Origin: Tubulanus polymorphus
Lineage: Eukaryota; Animalia; Nemertea
Length of the DNA stretch: 64,000 bases
Reading direction: 5' to 3'
Assembly (NCBI RefSeq): GCF_964204645.1
Contig: NC_134032.1
Coordinates: forward strand, 2,476,416 to 2,540,415
Both the position numbers and the translations under genes were made by a program. The notes below the pieces were generated by a model. That model searched no databases. It was not told the origin of the DNA and saw only the letters and a program-made list of their open reading frames with translations. Shown in pieces: positions 1 to 10,222 of this stretch (the first letter of the stretch is position 1; every line of letters starts with the position of its first letter).

Positions 1-559
1 ATCGTTCCCTTAAGGCCGCGCTGGCGTTTGGTTTGCCTGCAAATGATCAACTTCTTTGGCTGAACGAGACACAACTTTACGAGATGGCATTTGAAATTCC
101 GATCTCGTTTTAGGGATTGCGCCGGCAGTTTTTTTGTGACATTGTTACATTGTAGGTTTTGCGTCCATAGTAAAGAGTAGTCAACGGTGTGAAAGAAAGA
201 TCGAAGAAGCTTGAATAGCACCAAAAATTGATAAAAACAACGTTTAACAGCACAGGGCTGAGTCAACTAAAAAAAACCCATAGATAAAGATAATTATACC
301 AGAACACTGTTGAATCTCGCGGACGGGTTCTCCACCATTGTAAGACTTTGATACATACGAATATGTAACTATAATCCAATATTATCCAGGATCAAACACG
401 AGAAACAGTGATCGGTATAAATATATACAAGCGTAGTTCATTCTACGAGTGTTAGTTAGTAAATTGACAAAGTTGTCGAGAATGTTAGTATCTTATACAT
501 AACGGTTACTATTTACAATAACTACTCTAACGACGTATAAAATAATATTCAGTAGACTG

Positions 560-953
560 CATATAATGACGCTGAAACTTCTCAGCCATTGTACGCAACA
601 TTTTTCTGATTTCGTCGCTTCGTTCTTGAGTTTGGTTCGGATTGGAATGATACGTGTGAAACATCATAACGTCCCGAAAAAAAACGAACAGAGTAAGTCC
701 ACTAAGGACTCCAGTACATTTGTACCGTGGGCAGATGCACGACACCCATCTGGAATAATAATCCGAGGAATGTCCAGAATTCCGTTGCATCGATATCGCG
801 CCAATGACGGATACATGAATTCGACTTCAAGTTTCCCGCGGCGATCTTTTCGCTCGCGTATCGATTTATCTCCGTCACGATATTTTCTCCGACTTCATTG
901 GTAAGAAATAAGCTAAAATATGCTATTGGATTGCCGACGTGAAAAAACGTCAA
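560..953 (-). pseudogene. piggyBac-type transposase fragment
   Basis: PIAYFSLFLTNE..IVTEINRYA..WRDIDATEFWTFLGLLFQMGVVHLPTVQMYWS matches the N-terminal part of PGBD/DDE_Tnp_1_7 transposases; continues frameshifted in the 527-790 ORF (DEIRKMLRTMAEKFQRHY). Confidence 0.8.
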
Positions 954-1036
954 AAAAGATTTAAACGTCGATATTAATATAAACCCGTATATAGATATTC
1001 TTGCATTTATTCGGGCGGTAATATTGAAATACGTGG

Positions 1037-3997
1037 TTAATACCCGTACGGTATGGTTCTATGTTTGTCGAAGAACGCTCTTTTAGGGTAAACGATTCGA
1101 TACCGTTTCTTCTCTAAAGCCGACTTAAGTACATAGTTTCTAGTATCTCGTTGGATAGCCGAAGGGTTGATCACGGTTATAGGATCGTCATCGTTGTTTC
1201 TTCCGGACACGACGATGTCGCGCATACATTCGAAATTCACCAATTGCGAATTCCTGAAGTTTAAACATATACCTTTAACTTTACAAACGGTCTTCTCTGA
1301 GTTGTATTTGGTCGACTTTACTTTATACGCGTAATTCTTCGCTCCTCCCGACACGAATTCCGTGATCTAAGATCCTACACCGTAATCGCCCTCTAATTCG
1401 TCGGTCATGTCGCCTAGAAAAATACCGGTCGGCGGGTCGTGCATATCCGGTTTGGCGATATAGATAACCGAGTCGGTGTCCATGTAAAGAACGCGACTAT
1501 CCAACGGTTCGATGTAAGAATACAGCTTCAGGCGAGCGTGAGCGGTAGTGAATGCGGCCAACACTACGTTCGATTTAGAGTCTGGGGTTACGATTCGTTC
1601 GTGTTTTTGAACTGCAACTTCTTCAACAGTTCTTCATTAAGGATAATAACATCGGATACTGTTACGGCCAGAAAAAGCCAAACTACAAACACAACTCGGA
1701 AGACTGCCATCTACATAACACCAACTGCTTTATTAAACAGAACTCAACTGAACTGCCGAATATCAACAGTACGAACATATATATACAGGAAACAACAATA
1801 GAAGAATACAGACAGAGATTAAAGCTTACAATATTCACAATGAACACTGACATGCGACGAAATAGGAACTTGAAAACCAGTGATGCTAGACAAAAATCGA
1901 ATACGTAACAGATACTTCGACGTCGTCCGATAAAAGCATGTCGTTGAGTTCGAACGGTTCCGACACGAACTTCGCTTGGGTCTTAGTAGGTTTGATACCC
2001 AACCGACCCCACATCGAGTTCAAACATAACTTACTGACGGCTCGCAGTCCTTGGTTGAATCGGACTTTTTCCGGATCAATTTCGACGCCCTCCCGATCTC
2101 TGTAAGCCCGCACGAATCGCTGTTTCTCGGTATCGGTTCTAACATTTTCCGGCCAGCCGCTCGCCTCGACTTTAATTTTTAAAAATCTATCGATGTATTG
2201 GGCGAACAGACCGGTCTCTTTCTCTTCCCAATGCCACATTTAGTTGACTCGGACGATTCGATAACCCCGTCTAATCGCCGCCATCAATTCGACGGTTACC
2301 CAAGTACCGGTGATACACCGTTCTTCGCCCGGGTGCCGACATCGTTCGTGCTGCTGCATCGTGTCGCAACAGGTTCGACACAACGGGAACGTCAGCTTAG
2401 AATCCGGTGAACGATACGGCAACACCGGCAAAATCAATTCTCTTGGCGGAAGAACGATGCATTTAACGATACTGTAATGTTCGGATATCGGTTTAAAGTT
2501 CTCCGTTACGATGATCGGATGCCCGATAGGATAGCTACAATGTTTTTATACGAACGGGTACAGAGAACAAATGTCTATATATTTAATACGACAACCTGAT
2601 GAAGCTCAATAGCGTTGGTACAACCCCCGAAAAATGCATCTCCAGGGTCGATACCGTCTACGATGTCGGTATTACCGACGACAAACTCTCTTAACCCGAC
2701 GTCGTTGACCAGCATTTCGTTGTACGCGAGCTCCCATAACGTAACGACCGTGTACCCTCGCGATCGGAAATTTTTGTTTCGCGGATTGATAAAGTTCTTC
2801 TATGGTTCGACCGCAAACCGGGTTAACGGTTCCGCGGTTATAACAACGAACGCATCCGTGGTAGAAACAGCCGTTGAATTCGTAGACCGTCGCATCGGTA
2901 CGGCCCTATGCGTACCTCGCCGCCGTTCAAGGCGTGGTCTAATCGAACGTTCTCCGTTTCGGCGACGAATTTCAACCAACGGGCGGTCATCCTCGACGTG
3001 TTATCCCCGCACCGGTATCCGCCGAAGGGGATCAGACCTATTTTATTCGGTTGCAGGAATGATCGCCGTAATGCCTTGGTGCACGTGGATGCGATCGTCG
3101 TGTAGTTTTCGTAGGCCTCGACGTTGGTATCGAAAAAAAACAGTTCTTGAAATTCGAAGACCGACCTATGCAGAATATCGACGTCTGATCGACAGTACTC
3201 GTCGAGTTCCGTCGCCATATGGAAACGTTTCCCCACATTTTCTATATACCAGGCCGTAAAATTCCGTCTTTCTTTTACGTCCATACCGTCCGGGTTATAG
3301 AACCACGCGTCCCGTAACGGTCCGTCGTAGTTCATGTTTTCGGGTCTACAAAAAACGTAAGGGAAGTATCCTTTTTTCAATTCGTCGAAGACGAGGGTCA
3401 GACTCTTCGGTAATTTCAATAATTTCATCGGTAAGAAACTGAATGAGTCCAAAAATGTTCGACTCTCATCGAAAGAATCTTACCGCCGACCGGTATAATC
3501 GACGGGATTATTTCGTTCTTGATCAGGTATTTTAATACAAAAATACCATCGAACGCCTTAAAGTTATGGATGAATACGGTCGCCCCGCGATGAGTGTCCG
3601 TAAAAACCCATCGGCAAAACTCGTCTAGCGTTTTGCATCTGAACATATTTCGCCCACCGCATTCTTCGCATTCGCTAATATCGGTGATACGATCGTGTTT
3701 GCATTTGTAGCAAAAACGATACGCCACGCAGTATGCTACGGTGTGTACGGACGACTAGAAGTCCGTCTCAAAATCGAAAACTATCGTTTTCTTGGTGACC
3801 GTCGAATTGTTCTTTTTCGATTTAAAATGGGTTGCGAGACCCGCCGATTTATTATCATTCGTCACCGTGCGATCAACGGAGCCTGTCTTGATATAACATT
3901 CGTGGTTAATCGGTTTATAATCTTTACACGGTTTACAATATCTTTCGCCGCAGTGATGAGCGTTTATTTTCTTTCGATTAACGATATTCGAACACAA
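1037..3997 (-). pseudogene. Decayed protein-primed DNA polymerase B of an older Polinton/Maverick (Vsr-like-insert type)
   Basis: Collinear frameshifted fragments: VFDFET, HNFKAFDG, KGYFPY, YCRSDV, HALNGGEVRIGPYRCDG, KLCLNSMWG, YMDTDSVIY, GGAKNYAY; GC content visibly higher than the neighbouring Maverick. Confidence 0.9.
1660..1910 (-). mobile_element. Solo LTR (251 bp) inserted in the old PolB
   Basis: Ends TGTTACG...CGTAACA; 5-bp TSD GATAC at 1655-1659 and 1911-1915; AATAAA on the minus strand near 1730; removing it restores PolB frame DDVEVS-DVIILNEEL. Confidence 0.85.
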
Positions 3998-4240
3998 GTT
4001 AACCGTTGTTTGGCTCTAATCAATGCTTAATTAGTCACTACTTACATAATGTTTATTAATTTAGTCAAAGTGTTTACACTTGTATAACAATGATAATAAA
4101 CTGAACATAAACTGAACGTTTTCACAATACAATATCTTAATTGATATAGATAAGTAATTATTAAAATCATTTTGTTAGTGTAGAGAGAATTCCACAATAT
4201 TAACGAAAAATTCCGAAAATGTAGTTTCGAGATAGTAGTT

Positions 4241-4285
4241 TATTTCAACGTTTCGACTATATCCTAATAGTCATCTTCAGCAATA
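4241..4285 (-). ncRNA. Minimal hammerhead-ribozyme-like motif in the Penelope 3' region
   Basis: Minus strand reads tattg CTGAAGA t GACTAT taggat ATAGTC GAAACGTTG aaata: CUGANGA core, 6-bp stem II, GAAA; stem I imperfect. Confidence 0.65.
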
Positions 4286-4983
4286 ATGAGATGTATACTA
4301 CAGCAATTATGAGATATATATACAATACAGAGACAAAGAGACTGAATTCAAGTAATCAGAGATGATACAAACTATGGAAAATTAACGTAGAAACAGTTAA
4401 ACGCTAAAATGGATTAAAGGGAAGCAAACCAAAAGGTGATTATAAACAACAATAGTGAGTATAATTATAAATTGAAACTTGACATCAGTAGTAAAGAGAC
4501 AAACTAAGGGGCAGTTGAATTAAAACAAAGGTGATTACAAGTTAAGAGACTAAAATTAATGAGTGACAAATAACAAAGGATCAAAGGGGAAATCAAGTGT
4601 TGAGTTTAACCAGTTTACAGAGGAATTTTGATATTTTGATATTTGAAGTTTATTATGGGGTGAAAAATCATTGTTAAGATTTACAACGTTGTTCGAATTT
4701 TCAATTATCAATGCAGATTCCAAAATATGTCTTTTAGTTTTATCGTTGCAAGGGTAAAATCAATTCATCATTAGCGAAATCAAAATTGTGTGAGTTCTGA
4801 AATACATGACTAGCAACTCCGCCTTCAGGTTTAAAGTTTTTTACATCTAACTTGTGCTCTTTTAAGCGTTGGTTAAGGTTCCGACCTGTTTCTCCTATAT
4901 ATACTTTGTCGCAAACTTTACAAGGTATTTTATAAATTTCACAGTTGAGGGATTCGGTTTTAGGTTTGTTATTAATCAATATG

Positions 4984-5391
4984 AGTAATAGGGGTTTAGT
5001 TGTTCTAGGCCAAAGGTCGAACGTAGAGCTCATTAAAAAACAAATATTCAAAGTAATTTAAAACTATAATATATTTTCATAGCCGTGTGCATTTTATATT
5101 ATAACTAGATATTTATTCTAAGATATTAATAATTTAAATTTTAAAAGCATATTGTATTAAATCAATTGGTCGCTCCGCTTCGGTACCGCTCCGCTCCGCG
5201 ACCAATTGATTTATTTACAATACACAAATTCATATAATCAAATATATTCAAATAATAATAAATATTCTATTATTTAACTAAAATACACACGGCTATGAAA
5301 ATATATTATAGTTTTAAATTACTTTTAATATTTGTTTTTAATGAACTCGACCATTCAACCTTTAACCTAGAACAACTAAACCCCTATTACT
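4984..5391. repeat. Left terminal imperfect palindrome (408 bp) of the small element
   Basis: 4984 AGTAATAGGGGTTTAGTTGTTCTAGG pairs with CCTAGAACAACTAAACCCCTATTACT ending 5391; apical stem ATCAATTGGTCGC/GCGACCAATTGAT at 5161-5210. Confidence 0.93.
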
Positions 5392-5504
5392 CTTAAAATA
5401 TTCATATATATGAATAACATATAAATTGATAGATTATTCAATATAAAAGTAAAACGAATAATTAACGAGCTCTTATAGAATAGATATATAGATATATTTT
5501 AAAC

Positions 5505-5885
5505 ATATTTCAATATTTATATTTGTATGAGTTAGATTTTTAAACATAAAAAATGTGGGTAAAGTGTGAGTGAAATAATTCATATTTAAATCATTGAATA
5601 TTTATATTTATATGTGTTAAATTCTTGATTTTTAAACATTAAAAGTGTGAGTAAAGTGTGAGTGAAATAATTCATATTTAAAACAGTTAATATTTATATT
5701 TATATGTGTTAGATTCTTCTTTTTAAACATAAAAAGTGTGAGTAAAGTGTGAGTGAAATAATTCATATTTAAAACAGTGAATATTTATATTTGTATGTGT
5801 TAGATTCTTATTTTTGAACATAAAAAGTGTGAGTAAAGTGTGAGTGAAATAATTCATATTTAAAACATTGAATATTTATATTTGA
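5505..5885. repeat. Subterminal tandem repeat, ~4 copies of ~90 bp
   Basis: Unit contains AATATTTATATTT..AAAAGTGTGAGTAAAGTGTGAGTGAAATAATTCATATTTAAA. Confidence 0.9.
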
Positions 5886-6560
5886 ATGAGTTTTAATAAA
5901 AATTTTGTTATAAAAATGAAGAAAGAAGAAGAACCCAACTTAAAAATCGAAATCAATCAAACTAATAAATCATTTTCACAGTTTAACATTAGAAATTATA
6001 TTTCAGCAACAAATTTTGTGTCCGCCAGACATTATAAAATCGATAACATAACTATGATTAATCAAATATTATCAAATGAAATTTATTTAATTACTGAACT
6101 AGTAGATACTTTTGATAATGGCGTTAAAAATCCTAAATTGTTCAATACAGTTTTAAATTTTAAAGGAACTTCAGATGAAAACATAATAAATATTCTTAAA
6201 ACTCCTTTCAATGAAAGAAATGATGATATAATACTTTCTAAAGATTACAATGATTTGATTAACTTAAGAATTGAAAAAAGACAATTATATTATTTCAATT
6301 ATGATAATAAACAAACTATCTATAATGAAAATTCATCAAATATTGGTATTCAATGTGAATTAGATAATGAAAAATCATATATATATATATCAGATATTGC
6401 AGTTCAATGTTATTTAGATGTTGAATTTAGAAAATTCAATCCTATTGAAAAAGTGTATTGTTATTGCAGCGGCAAATATTTAAGATCACATAAATCAAAA
6501 CATTATCAAACAGTTAAACATATCAATTATGAAAAGAATAATAAATATATATTGAAATAA
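5886..6560 (+). CDS. Hypothetical protein with C-terminal Zn-finger-like motif (start may be the ATG at 5916)
   Basis: Intact 224-aa ORF; C-terminal CYCSGKYLRSHKSKHYQTVKH; decayed homolog at ~37570-38117. Confidence 0.7.
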   Translation: MSFNKNFVIKMKKEEEPNLKIEINQTNKSFSQFNIRNYISATNFVSARHYKIDNITMINQILSNEIYLITELVDTFDNGVKNPKLFNTVLNFKGTSDENIINILKTPFNERNDDIILSKDYNDLINLRIEKRQLYYFNYDNKQTIYNENSSNIGIQCELDNEKSYIYISDIAVQCYLDVEFRKFNPIEKVYCYCSGKYLRSHKSKHYQTVKHINYEKNNKYILK

Positions 6561-6718
6561 GAGTATGTTTCAAATATAAAGTAGTTAAAGCATCGAGAAA
6601 TTAGTTTAATAAATAACTGTTAGGTAGTAAGTTTAATTGTTATTTGATTTGAAACATATAAAACTTATTTCTAAAATATTAAATATTTATCAATTTAATA
6701 ATTTTTTTTCTTAAATAA

Positions 6719-6937
6719 ATGGATGGTTTCATTCCAACTGGGAAAAGTGATTTGAAGCATTATCTTGTAGCAGGAGGATTAATATTGGCAGCATTATATT
6801 TTTACTATGAGAATTTTTCAAAAGATTTGATATATGAAAATAATAAATTAAGTAAAAAATTAAAGAAGTTAAAAGGAAACAATCACAGAAATAAAAAGAA
6901 TAAAAAATGTAATTTAGAAAATGATTTAGAGGATTAA
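6719..6937 (+). CDS. Small membrane protein with basic tail
   Basis: YLVAGGLILAALYFYY hydrophobic helix; preceded by T8-CTTAAA-TAAATG; decayed homolog at ~43020-43170 on the minus strand. Confidence 0.65.
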   Translation: MDGFIPTGKSDLKHYLVAGGLILAALYFYYENFSKDLIYENNKLSKKLKKLKGNNHRNKKNKKCNLENDLED

Positions 6938-6976
6938 AACAGCATCTTTTAATTTCATATATTTTGACTATAAAAA

Positions 6977-7269
6977 TGAGTGAAAATATATTAAACTTAT
7001 TACATCTATATATAAAAATCAACAGAATATTAAATCAATTATTATGCTTACAGGTTTATTTTCATTCTCAGTTCATACTACAAAACAGTTGTTAACAATT
7101 CTATGATTGCTGTAAAATTAGATACACTGAATTAATAGAAAATATAAATTATATTTCAGATAGATAGAATAATATTAAATGCTGTGAAGTATGTAATAAA
7201 AGATATAAAAATTTAAAGAGTTTAAAAACTCATAAATATATTCATGAATTTCTTGTTAAATCTATTTGA
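6977..7269 (+). pseudogene. Disrupted small ORF (MSENILNLLHLY...)
   Basis: Frameshifted homolog of the 42784-42969 ORF MSDNILNLLHLIYRNQEDIKLIIMISGLLS. Confidence 0.55.
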
Positions 7270-7316
7270 ATTCTAGTCAATTCTTGTTAACCAATAGCGT
7301 GACTAGAATTCAAATA

Positions 7317-7530
7317 GAGCGGAGCGGCAGCGAAGCGAAGCGACCAATTGATTTAATACAATATGCTTTTAAAATTTAAATTATTAATATCTTAGAATAA
7401 ATATTTAGTTATAATATAAAATGCACACGGCTATGAAAAAATATTATAGTTTCAAATTACTTTTAATATTTGCTTTTTAATGAGCTCGACCGTTCGACCT
7501 TTGGCCTAGAACAACTAAACCCCTATTACT
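7317..7530. repeat. Right TIR of the small element (outer arm plus apical loop only)
   Basis: Reverse complement of ~4984-5197; preceded by a separate 19-bp-stem hairpin at 7261-7318. Confidence 0.88.
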
Positions 7531-8121
7531 AATATGTTACTAAGTTTATTATTGTATTTAAAGATAAGTTGTTTATTTAGTTACCGAAGAGAAACTTTAG
7601 AATTCTCGAGGAAAGGTACATACGGTACAATGATAGGCTGTTTATCGGTAGCCGACGTCGGAGTTCTAAGGTTCTTATTTCTAAAATGGGTAGTACGAGC
7701 TGTAAGGAGAGCTTTTTTCAAGATGAAATCGGGTAGGCAAGTTTTTTTAGAGATTGGTTAATATGTTGTATTTCATCGGGCAGAAATTAGGGGTCGCAAA
7801 TTCTCAAAGCGCGAAGAAATAATCCTTGAGCTAAACCAAGTTTAATATCCGGAGAAGTAAAAGAGAAGTAATGAAGGTAGGATTCAGCGTTGGTAGGTTT
7901 CCTATAAACCGCGAATTTCAAAAAGGATCCACTGTTAAAAATCAAAACATCCAGAAAAGGTATTTTACTATTAGGTCCCATTCATACGTAAAAGCCAGAG
8001 ACGGGTAAAGGCAGTTTAAATATATAAGAAAGTTATCAACATTTAAGTCAGAGGGAACCAAAGCCAGAACATCGTCAACATATCTGAGCCAGATTTTACG
8101 GTGAATATCAGTATAAAGAGG

Positions 8122-8698
8122 AGTAATAGGGGTAATGGGCTTTCAGGCCAAAGGTCGAACGGTCGAGCCCATTAAAAAACAAAATATTAAAAGTAATTAA
8201 AAAACTATAATATATTTTCATAACCGCGTGCATTTTATATCAAAACTAAATATTTATTCTAAGATATCAATAATATAAAAAGCATATTGTATTAAATCAA
8301 TTGGTCGCTCCGCTTCGCCACCGCTCCGCTCCGCGACCAATTGATTTAATTACAATACACAAATTCAAATAATCAAATATATTCAAATGATAATAATTAT
8401 TCTATTATTCAACTGAAATGCACGCGGTTATGAAAATATATTATAGTTTTTTAATTACTTTTAATATATGTTATTAATGAACTCGATCATTAAACCTTTA
8501 GCTTGAAAGCCCATTACCCCTATTACTCTTAAAATATTCATATATATATGAATAACATTTAAATCATTGAACTTCTAAAATCAATTTTAATAAAAAATAT
8601 AGTATTAAAATGGAAGCAAATAAGTACTACTGCCCAACATGTAATATCGATATAGATAAATCCCAAAAAGCAAGACACAATAAAACTAGAACACATTT
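8122..8698. repeat. Left TIR, containing a 406-bp hairpin (8122-8527) and a copy of the first ~26 PolB codons (ATG 8610)
   Basis: Reverse complement of 25923-26488; differences seen are one substitution, a 5-nt indel in the apex and a 7-nt indel at the inner edge. Confidence 0.95.
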
Positions 8699-9744
8699 GT
8701 TTTTAGTCCAGTTGGTTAAAGCAAAGACATTTATCGAATTAAGGAACTCAACACATAGTGAAAAATATGTTGAATCGTTATAAACACCCGATAATACTCA
8801 GCTATATAGTTGGTTGTATTAGCTCCAGTAAACATATGTTACCAGCTTATATTTCAATTGTAAAGAGTTAATTAATTTCATTGATCTAAATGCCTTTATT
8901 ATTGATTTTTTTTCCAACTTCAACGCGTTGTGTATACGGCGAACGTTAGCGAATCACAAATCTCATAATTTACAAGTCTCAACACGCTTGTTCTAGATGT
9001 TTTTACTAGAAAATGATTCTATTTTAACCTATATACATTCAATGTACAGAGCTATAGAATAAATCTATAAATTCACAGCTGTTACAGTTGTTACTATAAC
9101 GACGAGACATTATTACACGTCATAATCAGAAACGTGTAGAATATTCTAGAACCGGAACTAGATGACGTGGCATAATCAACGACGTGTCATTCTAGAAATC
9201 GCCCCGGAAATGGATATACGCTGTAATATTGTGCTCAGGATATTCTATCTTTCGAAACGAAATAAGGAGTTTATAGTTTACAATTATAAATCTAAATGTA
9301 AGTACTGTTTGTTGTAGTTATTAAGGCTATTAAATACGAAACCTTTAAATATATTTAAGTGTATTTAGTATATCTTTTAGATAGTTAGAGTTACCGCTAA
9401 TATCTTTTAGATTAATAAAACGCCATACGCATCAAGAAGTGATAGAGAAACTCAAGATACTCTTTCTGACTGAGGAATCAACAGCAATGGATATCAAATC
9501 AATAGAAATTAGCACAAGAAACACAAGAATCACCAAAAGATCGTCGAAGAAACTATATAAGAATTTCAAAAACATTAAGACTCCAATGATTAAGTTTAAC
9601 ATTTGTTGATGTAGTTAAATATTTACCAGCAATTGAAAAAATGTTTGTAATTATAAATTGTATTTATAGAAATCAAATGATGTATTGGAAGAAACGGCCG
9701 AACAACTTGTATAATGTATTGTGTAAATCTGATTGATGAATTTT

Positions 9745-10084
9745 TATGTTCGGTCGTTTCTATTCAGAATGAATATATAATTATGATTAGCGCATGCGCA
9801 TTAAGCAAAAGCGCTCCTATAAGAGCGGTTTTGCCTAATGCGAACACGTTTAGATATTTTATGTCGGTCGTTTCTATTTACATAATTATATATTCATTAT
9901 GTAAATATAATTATGATTAGCGCATGCGCATTGATCAAAAACGCTCCTATAAGAGCGGTTTTGCCTAGTGCACATGCGTTTGAATTTTCTATGTTCAGTT
10001 GTTTCTATTTCACAGAATGAATATATAATTATGATTAGCGCATGCGCATTAAGCAAAAGCGCTCCTATAAGAGCGGTTTTGCCC
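9745..10084. repeat. Three ~120-bp tandem units, each with GCGCATGCGC and a small stem-loop
   Basis: AATTATGATTAGCGCATGCGCATT..CAAAA(G/A)CGCTCCTATAAGAGCGGTTTT; GCGCATGCGC at 9790, 9920, 10038. Confidence 0.9.
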
Positions 10085-10222
10085 AGTGGTATTATTTAGA
10101 TATCAAGGAATCGAAACAACTTATCAAAAGCAGCGAGGAATGAAAAAGGATGACGTTGATCGAAGAAATGGAAGAGGATTCTAAAATTATTAACCGATTT
10201 AGTAAAAAAATACGTATAATAA

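Larger units (their letters stand above)
4984..7530 (+). mobile_element. Non-autonomous Maverick-family element (2547 bp)
   Basis: Termini AGTAATAGGGGTTTAGTTGTTCTAGG and its reverse complement; 6-bp TSD AATATG at 4978-4983 and 7531-7536; TIR clearly homologous to that of the 18-kb element. Confidence 0.93.
4070..8121 (-). mobile_element. 5'-truncated Penelope-like retroelement (RT C-terminus plus GIY-YIG), split by two Maverick-family insertions; last ~15 bp continue at 26495-26510
   Basis: WLRYVDDV (near 8070-8092), IPFLDV..VYRKPT..YLHY (7787-7981), IYKIPC..CDKVYIGETGRNLNQRLKEH (4740-4980); TEILP|LYTDIHRKIWLRYVDD reads through after removing the large insertion; 3' boundary approximate. Confidence 0.88.

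Noticed and set aside
1439-3259. Plus-strand ORFs over the old PolB
   Set aside because: Antisense shadows of a GC-richer coding relic
9745-10084. CRISPR-like repeat and spacer appearance
   Set aside because: Intervening segments are homologous to each other, context is eukaryotic and no cas genes are present
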